Assembly (NCBI GenBank): GCA_964584805.1
Contig: CAZPAY010000009.1
Coordinates: 12,293 to 76,292, forward strand
DNA length: 64,000 bases
Direction of reading: 5' to 3'
From: an uncultured Planctomycetales bacterium
Lineage (GTDB): Bacteria; Planctomycetota; UBA1135
Shown: piece by piece, positions 1 to 9,633 of the stretch
How positions within the stretch are numbered: position 1 is the first letter of the stretch
Layout: each line of letters begins with the position of its first letter
The notes under the pieces: model-generated
Seen by the model: only the letters and a program-made list of their open reading frames with translations
What the model was told of the DNA's origin: nothing
The model's database searches: none
Made by a program: the position numbers and the translations under genes

Positions 1-908
1 CTTCCGGCACTTTTCTTTTGCGCAATACAACCGACGAAAGGCTCGTTATCTCACGAATCGGCCCAACAAGTTGTTCTTGCAACCGATTTGAACTCGACTT
101 CCCATCCCGAAAAGGAAGCGCAGCCCACCGCACATTCGACCGAAGAGGTGCTGGCCTGACTCTTGCGCCAAATGAAGAGGTTCAGCTCACCATTTTCTTT
201 GATACCGCTCGTTTTCGCGAGCCAATTTCTTATCGAGTCGGTGGAATACCGGTGGTTTTTGAGGATCATCCCGCGATGACTCTTGAGTGGGCTTGCGATA
301 TCTACAACCCGTATTTACTGGAGCCGCGCAGCATTGACTTGCGAAATATTGGCGTGCGCGAGCGAGCAACTGGGCATGTTGGGCTGCGCAATCACGACGA
401 CACTCTTTTTGATGTCATCCTGCCCAGTGAAGTCGATGGCTGGGCGTTGCGCAAGGAAGCCATCCCAAATGAAGGCGGCTCAGCCTGGAATATTTATGTG
501 ACGGCTCCACCTGAGCTTCCACTTGGCCCCTTTCAACAGCATTTTTCACTGCTCACCGATTTACCTGAAGCCCCGCCCATTCAGTTTGAAGTCCGCGGCG
601 TTGTGGTCGCCGACCTGAGCCTGCACCCACAACGAGTCCTCTTGCGAGGCCCTCATGATTTGGCCGCGACTCATTTGCTCATCAACAAAAGTGTTCACTC
701 AATTGCCACACCAACAATCGATTCCAGTACGCTGCCCCCCGGCCTGTCCGCTGTAGTCGCTGTCTTAGAATCTGGTTTTCGCTGGGAGATTCGCCTTTCC
801 TATGATGGTGACCCAGCACCTGCCCAAAGCTCTGGTGAAGTGCGCATCTCAACCGCTCACCCTGAGCACACCACAATGATTCTCCCCTGGACCCTTCTCT
901 TGCCTTAG
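1..908 (+). CDS. DUF1573-like exported Ig-fold protein (5' end outside window)
   Basis: The frame is open from the window edge (ORF track 18..908). The segment FLLRNTTDERLVISRIGPTSCSC resembles the DUF1573 hallmark (N.G...L.I..V..SCxC). The family call is from motif memory only. Confidence 0.5.
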   Translation, partial: SGTFLLRNTTDERLVISRIGPTSCSCNRFELDFPSRKGSAAHRTFDRRGAGLTLAPNEEVQLTIFFDTARFREPISYRVGGIPVVFEDHPAMTLEWACDIYNPYLLEPRSIDLRNIGVRERATGHVGLRNHDDTLFDVILPSEVDGWALRKEAIPNEGGSAWNIYVTAPPELPLGPFQQHFSLLTDLPEAPPIQFEVRGVVVADLSLHPQRVLLRGPHDLAATHLLINKSVHSIATPTIDSSTLPPGLSAVVAVLESGFRWEIRLSYDGDPAPAQSSGEVRISTAHPEHTTMILPWTLLLP

Positions 909-910
909 CC

Positions 911-2557
911 GTGTTGCGCCGCACACTTTCTTTTTTTGCGCTTTCCTGCCTGTGTTGCTTGCCCAGCTGTGGCCAACCCGAGAAGGCGAAACCCAATGTT
1001 GTTTTAATCAGCATCGACTCTTTGCGACGAGACTTCCTAGGGGTTTACGGCAGGCAGGCGACTTTCACTCAAGAGCTAGAGCTCTCGCCCCACCTCGACG
1101 CACTCGCTGCTGAGAGCACTGTTTTTGACGATGCCTTCACCACAACGAGCTGGACCTTGCCTTCTCATATATCCCTTATGACGGGCCTGAGTGACCGCCA
1201 TCACGGTGTTGAAATTGATGATTATCGCCGCGACCCATTGCACGAGACTCTTGCAGAAGCATTCCAGCAAGCGGGCTACCAAACGGGCGGTTTCTTCAGC
1301 GGGCCTTACCTAGACCCAAAATATGGCTTCGGCGATGGCTTTGATCAATACGCCTCCGCCATGATGACACCCGAAGACCTGGCACGCCACATTCAATCTT
1401 GGATGTCAAGAAGCCAGCAGAAAGGCGATCCGCCACCGCCGGCAAGTTTTGCAAAAGACATGCGAGATCGGCTAAGTCATGTCGACATCACTTCTCCGCG
1501 CATCAATGAACTAGCGAGCCGATTCCTTAGTGAGGCGAGCGACAAGCCCTTCTTTTTGTTCTTGCATTATTTTGATGCACACTATGACCACATTCCCGAT
1601 GCAGCAGAGCCAGGCCTAGGCACAAAATTTGACCCCGGCTACAAAGGCCAGATGGGAGGCGAGAATTGGTATTTCAACCCTGCCGTACGCGACCTCAAGC
1701 CACCCTTCTCGCGCCGCATCTCTGATCGCGATTTAGACCATGTCAAAGCTCTTTACGAGGCTGAGATTCATTGGGTCGACCGGCACATTGGAATGATCCG
1801 TGCCCAACTAAAAGAGCAGGGCTTGGCCGACAACACCATCATTGCCGTCGTCGGTGATCATGGCGATGAATTTTTTGAACATGGCGCAATCGGCCACCGC
1901 TCGACTCTTTACTGTGAGTTGATGCGAATCCCGATGATTATCCATATCCCCGATGTTGCCGATTCTGGCGCTCGCGTGGCCTCAGTCAGCCGCATCTACG
2001 ACATTGCCCCTACTTTGCTTGATTATGCAGGAGTGCCGGCAATGGCACACACAGAAGGCGTCAGCCTGCGCCCCGAACTACAAGGGAAGCCCACGCAACA
2101 TGGCGCCCTGGGTCGCCTTTTCTTCGGCTCCCCTTCTGGCCCTAACATCCAAGATAGCTGGCGAAGCCATCGCTACACCGTGATTCGTGGATTTGGGATT
2201 GACGGCAAGAAATCGAGCTCCAATGGCCTAGTCGTTCGTCAAAAACGGGCAACGAATGATGGCGCCCTCCTGGTTTTTGATCGACTCAGCGACCCTCTCG
2301 AACAACGCCCCCTCGCCAAGTCCGACCCGCGCTACGTAGAGGCCGCACAGCTGTTCCGCAGAGATTTCCTCAAGAGCGAAGGGCTTGCGATGAAATTGCC
2401 GCATTCTCCGATTCCTCAACGATGGGCCCCCTCCAAGACGGCAGAAGAGCAGGCTACCCTCGACAGCTTGGGGTATACATCCAGTGATGACGACGCTGGA
2501 GAGGCACAACGCACTCCGCCCTTGCTGGCTTTCCCGGCGCCCAGCGCTGAGCACTAA
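911..2557 (+). CDS. Sulfatase-fold (alkaline phosphatase superfamily) lipoprotein with non-canonical T-x-P-S-H motif
   Basis: 548 aa with a lipoprotein-type signal (LSCLCCLPSCGQ). Fold motifs are NVVLISIDSLRRD, TTSWTLPSHISLMTG and VVGDHGDEFFEHG. The nucleophile position reads Thr (T-L-P-S-H) instead of C/S-x-P-x-R. Confidence 0.75.
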   Translation: MLRRTLSFFALSCLCCLPSCGQPEKAKPNVVLISIDSLRRDFLGVYGRQATFTQELELSPHLDALAAESTVFDDAFTTTSWTLPSHISLMTGLSDRHHGVEIDDYRRDPLHETLAEAFQQAGYQTGGFFSGPYLDPKYGFGDGFDQYASAMMTPEDLARHIQSWMSRSQQKGDPPPPASFAKDMRDRLSHVDITSPRINELASRFLSEASDKPFFLFLHYFDAHYDHIPDAAEPGLGTKFDPGYKGQMGGENWYFNPAVRDLKPPFSRRISDRDLDHVKALYEAEIHWVDRHIGMIRAQLKEQGLADNTIIAVVGDHGDEFFEHGAIGHRSTLYCELMRIPMIIHIPDVADSGARVASVSRIYDIAPTLLDYAGVPAMAHTEGVSLRPELQGKPTQHGALGRLFFGSPSGPNIQDSWRSHRYTVIRGFGIDGKKSSSNGLVVRQKRATNDGALLVFDRLSDPLEQRPLAKSDPRYVEAAQLFRRDFLKSEGLAMKLPHSPIPQRWAPSKTAEEQATLDSLGYTSSDDDAGEAQRTPPLLAFPAPSAEH

Positions 2558-3747
2558 AGTTTAGGCACAAGGTAGGCGAAACGCCGTTTGCCGGCCTGGA
2601 CAAGCCTGCGCTCGTCTTCCGCTGCAATGATGACCTTATAGCGCGGGTCTTCGATGACTTCGCCGTCAATTCGCAAACCACGCCCCTCGATCAAACGCCG
2701 CGCTTCACTGGTCGACTGCGTGAGCCCCAACTCTTTAATGACCCAAGTTAAGGCTTGCTCGCCAACGGCAACTTCACGCTCGGGGATGTCGTCTGGGATT
2801 TCTTTCTTACGAAAGCGTCGAACGAATTCGCCTGCGGCCGCTTGCGCTTGCTCTGCGCCGTGCAACCAAGCCGCCACTTCAAACGCCAATCGGCCTTTTG
2901 CGCCGCGTGGATCGGCTTGAACCCATCCTTGAACATCTGTGCCGGATTCATTCGTGAGTAGGCGAAACCAATCACTCATGCCCTCATCAGAAAGGCTCAT
3001 CACTTTTCCGTAGACTTCGATAGCATCGGCACTAAGCGGCACATGATTGCCATAGGTCTTCGACATCTTGCGACCGTCGGTGCCCATCAAGAGATGAGTC
3101 GTAAGTAGCACTTGTGGGCGCTGCCCTTCCCGCTCTTGAAGTTGCCTGCCCTGATGCAAATTAAACAGTTGGTCATTCCCGCCGATTTCGACATCTGCAT
3201 TTAGCTCAACGGAATCCCAGCCTTGCATCATGGGGTACATCATTTCATGCAAATGAACCGGCAGATTTTGATCAATACGCTTACGGAAATCATCGCGCTC
3301 CAACATGCGCGCAGCAGTGCCTCGCGCAGCCAACTGCAAGGCATCAAAAAAATCCATCTTGCCGAACCACTCGGAATTGCGGCGTATCTCTGCCTTGCCA
3401 GGACTCAAATCCAGAATTTGACCAATCTGCTCAAGATAAGTTTCCGCGTTATGCTCGACCTCTTCAGCCGTCAAAGGAGGCCGCTGGTCATTGCGCCCTG
3501 TCGGATCGCCCAATCGGGCCGTGCCGTCGCCGAGCAACAAAATCGGCAAGTGCCCATGATCTTGAAAAAGTTTCAGCACTCGAATAGGGACAGCGTGCCC
3601 AACATGCACATGTGGGAAGGTGGGGTCAATCCCAAACTTCACGCGCAATGGCTTGCCCTTCTTTTCGGAGGCCGCCAACAACTTGGTTAACTCTTCACGC
3701 GAAACGATCGCAGAACAAAAACGGTCTAATTGGTCGAGGAGTGTCAT
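2554..3747 (-). CDS. tyrS: Tyrosine--tRNA ligase
   Basis: 397 aa with a HIGH motif (HVGHAVP), a KMSKS motif (KMSKT) and a C-terminal S4-like domain. Its 3' end overlaps the convergent gene by 4 nt. Confidence 0.95.
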   Translation of the reverse strand: MTLLDQLDRFCSAIVSREELTKLLAASEKKGKPLRVKFGIDPTFPHVHVGHAVPIRVLKLFQDHGHLPILLLGDGTARLGDPTGRNDQRPPLTAEEVEHNAETYLEQIGQILDLSPGKAEIRRNSEWFGKMDFFDALQLAARGTAARMLERDDFRKRIDQNLPVHLHEMMYPMMQGWDSVELNADVEIGGNDQLFNLHQGRQLQEREGQRPQVLLTTHLLMGTDGRKMSKTYGNHVPLSADAIEVYGKVMSLSDEGMSDWFRLLTNESGTDVQGWVQADPRGAKGRLAFEVAAWLHGAEQAQAAAGEFVRRFRKKEIPDDIPEREVAVGEQALTWVIKELGLTQSTSEARRLIEGRGLRIDGEVIEDPRYKVIIAAEDERRLVQAGKRRFAYLVPKL

Positions 3748-3765
3748 GATTATGATTGGGGAAAC

Positions 3766-4788
3766 CTAGCGTGCCATTTTGACCTCTGCCCACCACCGCT
3801 TCCAGTCTCTTGGGTCAGAACCTATATCAAGACGAGTTAGCCACTGGAGAGCAGAAACCAATGTGGCCGTGCGACGCACACTAGGAGAGGTAGCAAGTCC
3901 GTCTGCCAAGAGAGTCAAACCCTCTTGGCGGTCTTCGCCTTCCAAAAGAGCGGTGGCTACCATCACATGGCGATCACCGCGCGGGTCAGACAATTGGACG
4001 AGCCGCCGCAGAGCTTCGAGCGGCTCCTCTCGGAGCTCCTGCCAGCCAGCAGGGAAGGCTAAAAAGGTTGTACCGTGAAAGTCAAAGCTCATCATGCTGA
4101 GTTCTTCTTCCCCAAGGACGGCACCATCGCAACGCAACCGTGCGTCGATGGAGAGCAACCACGCAGCGCCCTGCTCGCCCTTTACAGACAGCGGAATGCT
4201 AGTATCCAGTTGAAAAGCCTCCCCTGCGCCAAGACTCAAGTCTTGAAAAAGTCGAAACCATTGGTGCCGCCGGACAGAGTCGTGGCCACCAAAAGGAAGC
4301 CAGCGCTCGACCACCCAATCAATTTCAATGATGACCCCTTCAGTGGGGCTGATAAACGCCAAGTCTTGACCTGTTTGGTTTTGGATGTCGAGGTGGAGCG
4401 GAACGGAGTCGCCAAAAGTATGGGGCCCAGGTTCAGCGACCACGGCCGAATACTGACTCAGTTGTTCTTGCAAGAATTTGGCGCGAAGCAATTTTAAGTT
4501 GCGTTGGGCTTCGGCCATCAGCTGCTCTTCCGCAGTCGGGCCAGGCAATGGGTCAGGGGCTTCGGTCAAGAAAGCACCTGATGCAAACACTCGGCGCCCA
4601 TCTCGCCCCACAATGCCGGCAGTCGCAGTTGCAGGCGGATTAGGTACGCCAGGCTCTTCTTCAAGAAGCGCGGGTTCGTCTAGAGCTGAATTCTCTTCGG
4701 TAGAAGGCGCTTCCTCCAGCCATGCGGGCGTATGGGTTGAGGCGCAACCCGCAAAAGCCAAACAACAAAAATTAGTGCTCACCGACAT
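3766..4788 (-). CDS. Hypothetical lipoprotein
   Basis: The ORF track gives 3766..4833. I prefer the ATG at 4788, which yields MSVSTNFCCLAFAGC with a lipobox. No family was recognised. Confidence 0.55.
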   Translation of the reverse strand: MSVSTNFCCLAFAGCASTHTPAWLEEAPSTEENSALDEPALLEEEPGVPNPPATATAGIVGRDGRRVFASGAFLTEAPDPLPGPTAEEQLMAEAQRNLKLLRAKFLQEQLSQYSAVVAEPGPHTFGDSVPLHLDIQNQTGQDLAFISPTEGVIIEIDWVVERWLPFGGHDSVRRHQWFRLFQDLSLGAGEAFQLDTSIPLSVKGEQGAAWLLSIDARLRCDGAVLGEEELSMMSFDFHGTTFLAFPAGWQELREEPLEALRRLVQLSDPRGDRHVMVATALLEGEDRQEGLTLLADGLATSPSVRRTATLVSALQWLTRLDIGSDPRDWKRWWAEVKMAR

Positions 4789-4836
4789 CAATCGGTGAGC
4801 ACTAAAAAAACGGCGAAGGGCCGCTTGACGCATAAA

Positions 4837-6726
4837 TTATGCCTCAGGCTTTTCTTCTGGAACTTCCTCTGCAGGAACTTCCTCTGCAGGAGCTTCCTCG
4901 ATTACGGCTGCTTCCGTAACGACTGTAGCGCTTGCGACTTCTTCGGCTGGTGCTTCGACGGCAGATGCTTCGGCGGTTTCGCCATTTGCATCAGCCTCTT
5001 TGGCGGCAGCCTTAGCGGCCTTACGAGCGGCGCGCTTTTCTTTGGCCTCTTCATGCTTGGCGCGAACCTCATCGTTCTCTTCGTACTCCTGGTGGATGAA
5101 CGAAAGACCGATACGCTCTTCGCCGCAATCAACGCGGACAACGCGAACCTCAACCTTGAGACCCTTCAAGCAATTCTCTTCAGGCGACGCGGCCCACTCT
5201 TGTGGAAGTGTGGATGCGTGCATGAAGGCTTCCAGATCTTCTTCGAGGCTGACGAAACAACCTGCAGAGATGGCCTTGGAAATCGTACCTGAGAGCATGT
5301 CGCCCACGTGGTAGTTTGCTGGGATGTAATCTTCCCATGGGTTCTTGGTGAGTTGCTTCATGCCCAACGAGATGCGCTGCTTGTCGCGGTCGACACTCAG
5401 AACCACGCACTGAATCCGGTCGCCCTTGCGAACGATTTCGCTTGGGTGCTGAATCTTGCGTGTCCAGTGGAAGTCGGTGTTGTGCAACAAACCATCGATG
5501 CCATCTTCGATCTCGACGAAGGCACCATAAGATGCCAAGTTTTTGACCGTGGCTTCGATAACCGTACCTGGCGCGTAGGCGTCGGCGATGCGGTTCCAGG
5601 GGTTGCCCTCGACCTCGCGGATGGAGAGTGACATCTCATTCTTCTCAAGGTCAATGGCCTTAATGAAAACTTTGATGTCGTCACCGCGGGTGTAGTCACC
5701 CTCAGGGTTAGGATTCTTGACCGTCCAGGAAAGCTCACTCACGTGGGCCAAACCCTCAACGCCAGTCTCAAGCTCAACAAACAAGCCGTAAGGGACAATG
5801 TTTGTAATCTTGCCCACTGCGGTTGAGCCAACAGGGAAACGCTGATCGATGGCTTCCCAAGGGTCGCTGCTCAATTTTTTGAGCGAGAGTGCAACGCGAT
5901 TGCGCTCACGGTCAACACTCAAAACATAAACATCAAGGACATCGCCAATGCGAACCATTTCGCGTGGGTGCTTGATGCGGCCGTAAGACATGTCGGTGAC
6001 GTGGAGCAAGCCGTCTAGGCCGCCCAACTCAACAAACGCGCCAAAGTCGGCAATGTTTTTAACTTCGCCTTTGCGGATCTGGCCCTCTTCGATTTCGGAG
6101 AGCAAGGACTCGCGCTTTTCTTCGCGCTCTTCTTCGAGGAGCAGACGACGGGAAACCACGATGTTTTTACGCTCTTCGTCAATCTTGACGATTTGTGCGC
6201 GAATGGTAACGCCGATGAAATCAGCAGGCTCTGGCGTGCGACGGATGTCGATTTGCGAGGCAGGCATGAAGACCATGACGCCATCGATATCGATAAGAAT
6301 GCCACCCTTGATGAGTTTCTTAACCTCACCCTCGATAACATCACCTGGCTCGTATTTGCCGACGATGCCTTCCCAGGCGATTTGACGGTCTGCTTCACGC
6401 TTCGAGCAAACGGGCTGACCCGTGCCGCGGTCATCGCCGCGGTAGTAAACGTCGAAGGTGTCACCGACGGATGGAAGCTCGCCATCTTCGAACTCAGAGA
6501 GTACGAGTGGAGCTTCAGCCTTGCCGCCAATGTCGACAAGAACATGACCGTCTGCGATTTTAATTTCGAGGACGGTGGCTGGAACGATAGCTTCTGCTTC
6601 GACATTTCCTGTGTGGTCGCCAACGGCGTCCATGAGGTCAGTTTCTTGCGGGACCAATGCGGCGAGCTCGGCTTCGAGCGCGTCATCGGTCATATCGAAT
6701 TTACGGAGAAGGTCTTTTGAGACCAT
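4837..6726 (-). CDS. rpsA: 30S ribosomal protein S1
   Basis: 629 aa with six S1 OB-fold repeats (recurrent G.V..I..FGAFVE...G..GL.H.S pattern). It sits in the usual cmk-rpsA synteny and has an acidic/Ala-rich C-terminal tail. Confidence 0.95.
   Translation of the reverse strand: MVSKDLLRKFDMTDDALEAELAALVPQETDLMDAVGDHTGNVEAEAIVPATVLEIKIADGHVLVDIGGKAEAPLVLSEFEDGELPSVGDTFDVYYRGDDRGTGQPVCSKREADRQIAWEGIVGKYEPGDVIEGEVKKLIKGGILIDIDGVMVFMPASQIDIRRTPEPADFIGVTIRAQIVKIDEERKNIVVSRRLLLEEEREEKRESLLSEIEEGQIRKGEVKNIADFGAFVELGGLDGLLHVTDMSYGRIKHPREMVRIGDVLDVYVLSVDRERNRVALSLKKLSSDPWEAIDQRFPVGSTAVGKITNIVPYGLFVELETGVEGLAHVSELSWTVKNPNPEGDYTRGDDIKVFIKAIDLEKNEMSLSIREVEGNPWNRIADAYAPGTVIEATVKNLASYGAFVEIEDGIDGLLHNTDFHWTRKIQHPSEIVRKGDRIQCVVLSVDRDKQRISLGMKQLTKNPWEDYIPANYHVGDMLSGTISKAISAGCFVSLEEDLEAFMHASTLPQEWAASPEENCLKGLKVEVRVVRVDCGEERIGLSFIHQEYEENDEVRAKHEEAKEKRAARKAAKAAAKEADANGETAEASAVEAPAEEVASATVVTEAAVIEEAPAEEVPAEEVPEEKPEA
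4859..4899. repeat. Tandem 15-bp repeat (about 2.7 copies) inside the rpsA 3' end
   Basis: ggaacttcctctgca occurs twice, followed by ggagcttcctc. It encodes the EEVPAEEVPAEEAP-type tail. Confidence 0.8.
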
Positions 6727-6787
6727 GGTTAGAGTGGGTTATGGGTTGAAGTTTCGGGGAGAGAACCGGCCCGGTGGGCAGAACGGG

Positions 6788-7480
6788 TCAAGCGAGTGCT
6801 TGAACCCAATCCAAGAGGCGCCCGACTGCCTCTTCAGGGGTTGTGGATGAATTATCCAGGACACGGCTATCGGGGAGTACCCGAGGGGCCGCTTCCCCGC
6901 GACAGGCATCACGACGGTCTCGATCGGCGAGGGCGTCATGAACTTGCAGCAGGGTAATGCTCGAATGAACGGCGCGTTGTTGCTCGAAGCGGCGCTGGGC
7001 GCGCACTTCAAGAGACACATCAACGAAAACTTTTAGCACGGCATCAGGGAAGATAACCGAGCCGGCATCTCGACCATCTGCGACCACGCCCGAAATTTCG
7101 GAGCGCGTGCGCAAATCGCGCATGCGGAGAGTGAGTGCCTGACGCACCTCAGCATGATCGGCCACATTGGAAACCTCAGTATCAATCAGCGGGGAACGAA
7201 TCTCGTCGACTAAAGCACGACCGTCAACAAGGACGGTGCCGTCAGTCTGGCAAGTGATGTCAATTTGGGAGAGCGTTTTCAGGACGGCATCGGACTCGGT
7301 GGTCGATGCGCCCGCCTCAAGAGTGGCCCAAGTCAGCGCTCGGTACCAAGCGCCAGAATCAAGATAGGCCCATTGAAGAGCCACCGCTAAACGGCGGGCA
7401 AGAGTGCTTTTACCAGAGCCAGAGTGACCATCTAAGGCAACAGCTGGGCGCGGTAGGTTTTGACTCTCTTCCGATGTCAT
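6788..7480 (-). CDS. cmk: Cytidylate kinase
   Basis: Contains the P-loop LDGHSGSGKST and LDSGAWYRA. The start is trimmed to Met14 (cat at 7478..7480 on the + strand). Confidence 0.9.
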   Translation of the reverse strand: MTSEESQNLPRPAVALDGHSGSGKSTLARRLAVALQWAYLDSGAWYRALTWATLEAGASTTESDAVLKTLSQIDITCQTDGTVLVDGRALVDEIRSPLIDTEVSNVADHAEVRQALTLRMRDLRTRSEISGVVADGRDAGSVIFPDAVLKVFVDVSLEVRAQRRFEQQRAVHSSITLLQVHDALADRDRRDACRGEAAPRVLPDSRVLDNSSTTPEEAVGRLLDWVQALA

Positions 7481-7541
7481 GAGGACCGAGAATTTTAACG
7501 AATTTCCGCGTCCAGTCAAGCAAATGCCCGATTCCTGACCC

Positions 7542-8255
7542 CTAACGCTGCAAAAGAATCACGGGGTCATCGCCTGGCTGCCAAGCAGGAAGCACTTGCA
7601 AAAAACGTCCGCCGCTCAAAGTGCGAATTTCGGCTGCATGGAGATGCCCAACAATCGCCTTTTGAGCCCCTTTAACCGCCAGATTTGCCTCAACTGCTTC
7701 TGGCTGCAAAGCCCGCGCATCCATAGCCTTTTTCGGGACGGCATCTTTGCTCACTTTTCGCAAACGACCCGCCATTGATTTTTGCAGGAAAACAGGTAGT
7801 CGGCGTAAAACACCCGCCATCAAAGGGTTACGCAAAGCGCGCCGTAGTCTTTGATACGGTAAATCGGCGGTGCAGTATGCGTCGCCATGGCTCATCAAAA
7901 TCCTGCCCTCGCTGGAATCAAACAACATGAAGTCACAAACCTGCCAAAACGGGAAATCTGCAGTCTGAGCCAAAACATCGCGATTACCACGCACCAAGTA
8001 AATCGCAACAGATTGTGACGCTAATTGTTCAAAGGTGTCCGCCAAACCAGACCAAGCGGGTTGCCGCCACTGTTTCGGGCCCCAGTAAGCGTCAAAAAGG
8101 TCACCCAAAATAACCACGGCATCACCGGGTTGCGCATGTTGGCGAAGGGATTTCAAAAATGAGCTGAGCTCTTGCGGCGAATCTTGGCGCAAATGCAAAT
8201 CAGCCCACAACAAAATGCGGGGGGCAGAAAGATCAAGCTGGCTAGATTGAGTCAT
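7542..8255 (-). CDS. lpxH: UDP-2,3-diacylglucosamine diphosphatase
   Basis: The metallophosphoesterase motifs ADLHL, ILGDLFD, GNRD and SHGD align by eye with E. coli LpxH. The start is trimmed to MTQSS (8255). It overlaps the upstream gene end by 14 nt. Confidence 0.8.
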   Translation of the reverse strand: MTQSSQLDLSAPRILLWADLHLRQDSPQELSSFLKSLRQHAQPGDAVVILGDLFDAYWGPKQWRQPAWSGLADTFEQLASQSVAIYLVRGNRDVLAQTADFPFWQVCDFMLFDSSEGRILMSHGDAYCTADLPYQRLRRALRNPLMAGVLRRLPVFLQKSMAGRLRKVSKDAVPKKAMDARALQPEAVEANLAVKGAQKAIVGHLHAAEIRTLSGGRFLQVLPAWQPGDDPVILLQR

Positions 8256-9633
8256 CGCTCTCGTTCGCGGTGGAATCAGCCTTCTCTTGTGGCTCGTCGA
8301 GCCCCAATTCATTTATTTTCGACCAAAGTACTTTGCGAGAAATGCCCAGTAATTCTGCCGCCAAGCCACGGACACCTTCCGTTGCGGTGAGCGCATCACG
8401 AATCGCACGGCGCTCGGCAAGTCGCACTTGCTCGCGTATCGGCAAAACATCTTGTGGACGAATCCCACTCGAAGCGGAGACCCCGCCTGGCAAAAAATGT
8501 TCCTGGCGTAATCTGCGAATGCGCCCTGACAAAGCCAAAGCTCGGGTGGCACTATTTTCAAGCTCACGCGTGTTCCCTGGCCAATCGTATCGAGCGAGCC
8601 GCTCGAGTACTTCTGCGGAAATGGAGTAACGCCCCTCGGGATCAATACGCAAAAAGAAATCAGCCAGTAAAGCAGGAATATCTTGGCGGCGCTCGCGAAG
8701 AGGAGGAAGCCTAAGAGGTACAACAGCCAAACGGTGATACAGGTCTTCGCGAAATTGGCCCTCCTTGACGGCATCCGCCAAATCTACTTTGCTTGCTGCC
8801 AAAACGGTTGCATGGACAGGAATTGCACCATTGCCGCCCAAAGGAGTGACTTCGCGCTCCTGGATTACGCGCAGTAAGGAGGCTTGAGCTTGCGGAGAGA
8901 GGTCGTCGATGTCGTCGAGGAAAAGCGTGCCTCGACCAGCCTGAACAAAGAGGCCGTCATGGTCCTCGTCAGCGCCTGTGAACGCGCCTTTGCAGTAACC
9001 GAACAACTCCCCTTCAAGGAGGCTAGCAGGAATCGCTGCGCACGAAACGGGCATAAAGGCCATGTCGGATCGCTGGCTTGATCGATGAAGAGACCTTGCA
9101 GCGCGTTCTTTACCTGTGCCGCTTTCCCCAACGATGAGAACCGCCGCATTTGAATCGGCCGCTTGCTGCAAGCGCAATCGCACATCTTGAATGGCCCTGC
9201 TTTCACCCGTCATACGAAAGGGCTCGTCATCAGCAGCGACTTGAGCGCGGAGTATGCGCAATTCATTCACCATTGCTGCATTTTCTTGAACTCGCGCAAC
9301 GAGACTCAACAACGCCTCTTGAGGAAATGGTTTTTGCAGATAAGACACCGCACCACCCTTCATTGCAGAAACGGCTTGCTCGACGGTGGCGTAACCTGTC
9401 ATCACCAGCACCTCGGCAGGAGGATCTTGCTGCCGCGCCCGCTCAAGAATTTGGATGCCATCCGCGCCAGGAAGGCGGACATCGGTCACAACGAGCTCGC
9501 AAATATTTTCGGAAAGCCAAGCCAAAGCGGCCGCACCATCATGCAAGGTCGTGACAGCATGCCCCTCATCGAGCAGGGCATCTGCCAGAATGAGAGCAAG
9601 CGTGCGGTCATCTTCGACGAGGAGAATGTCCAT
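8242..9633 (-). CDS. Sigma-54-dependent response regulator (NtrC family bEBP)
   Basis: REC domain (MDILLVEDD, acceptor VVTDVRLPG). AAA+ domain with Walker A GESGTGKE, GAFTGA, and Walker B written FLDD. Fis-type HTH (AAELLGISRKVLWSKINELGL). The start is trimmed from 9702 to the ATG at 9633. Confidence 0.9.
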   Translation of the reverse strand: MDILLVEDDRTLALILADALLDEGHAVTTLHDGAAALAWLSENICELVVTDVRLPGADGIQILERARQQDPPAEVLVMTGYATVEQAVSAMKGGAVSYLQKPFPQEALLSLVARVQENAAMVNELRILRAQVAADDEPFRMTGESRAIQDVRLRLQQAADSNAAVLIVGESGTGKERAARSLHRSSQRSDMAFMPVSCAAIPASLLEGELFGYCKGAFTGADEDHDGLFVQAGRGTLFLDDIDDLSPQAQASLLRVIQEREVTPLGGNGAIPVHATVLAASKVDLADAVKEGQFREDLYHRLAVVPLRLPPLRERRQDIPALLADFFLRIDPEGRYSISAEVLERLARYDWPGNTRELENSATRALALSGRIRRLRQEHFLPGGVSASSGIRPQDVLPIREQVRLAERRAIRDALTATEGVRGLAAELLGISRKVLWSKINELGLDEPQEKADSTANESDDSI

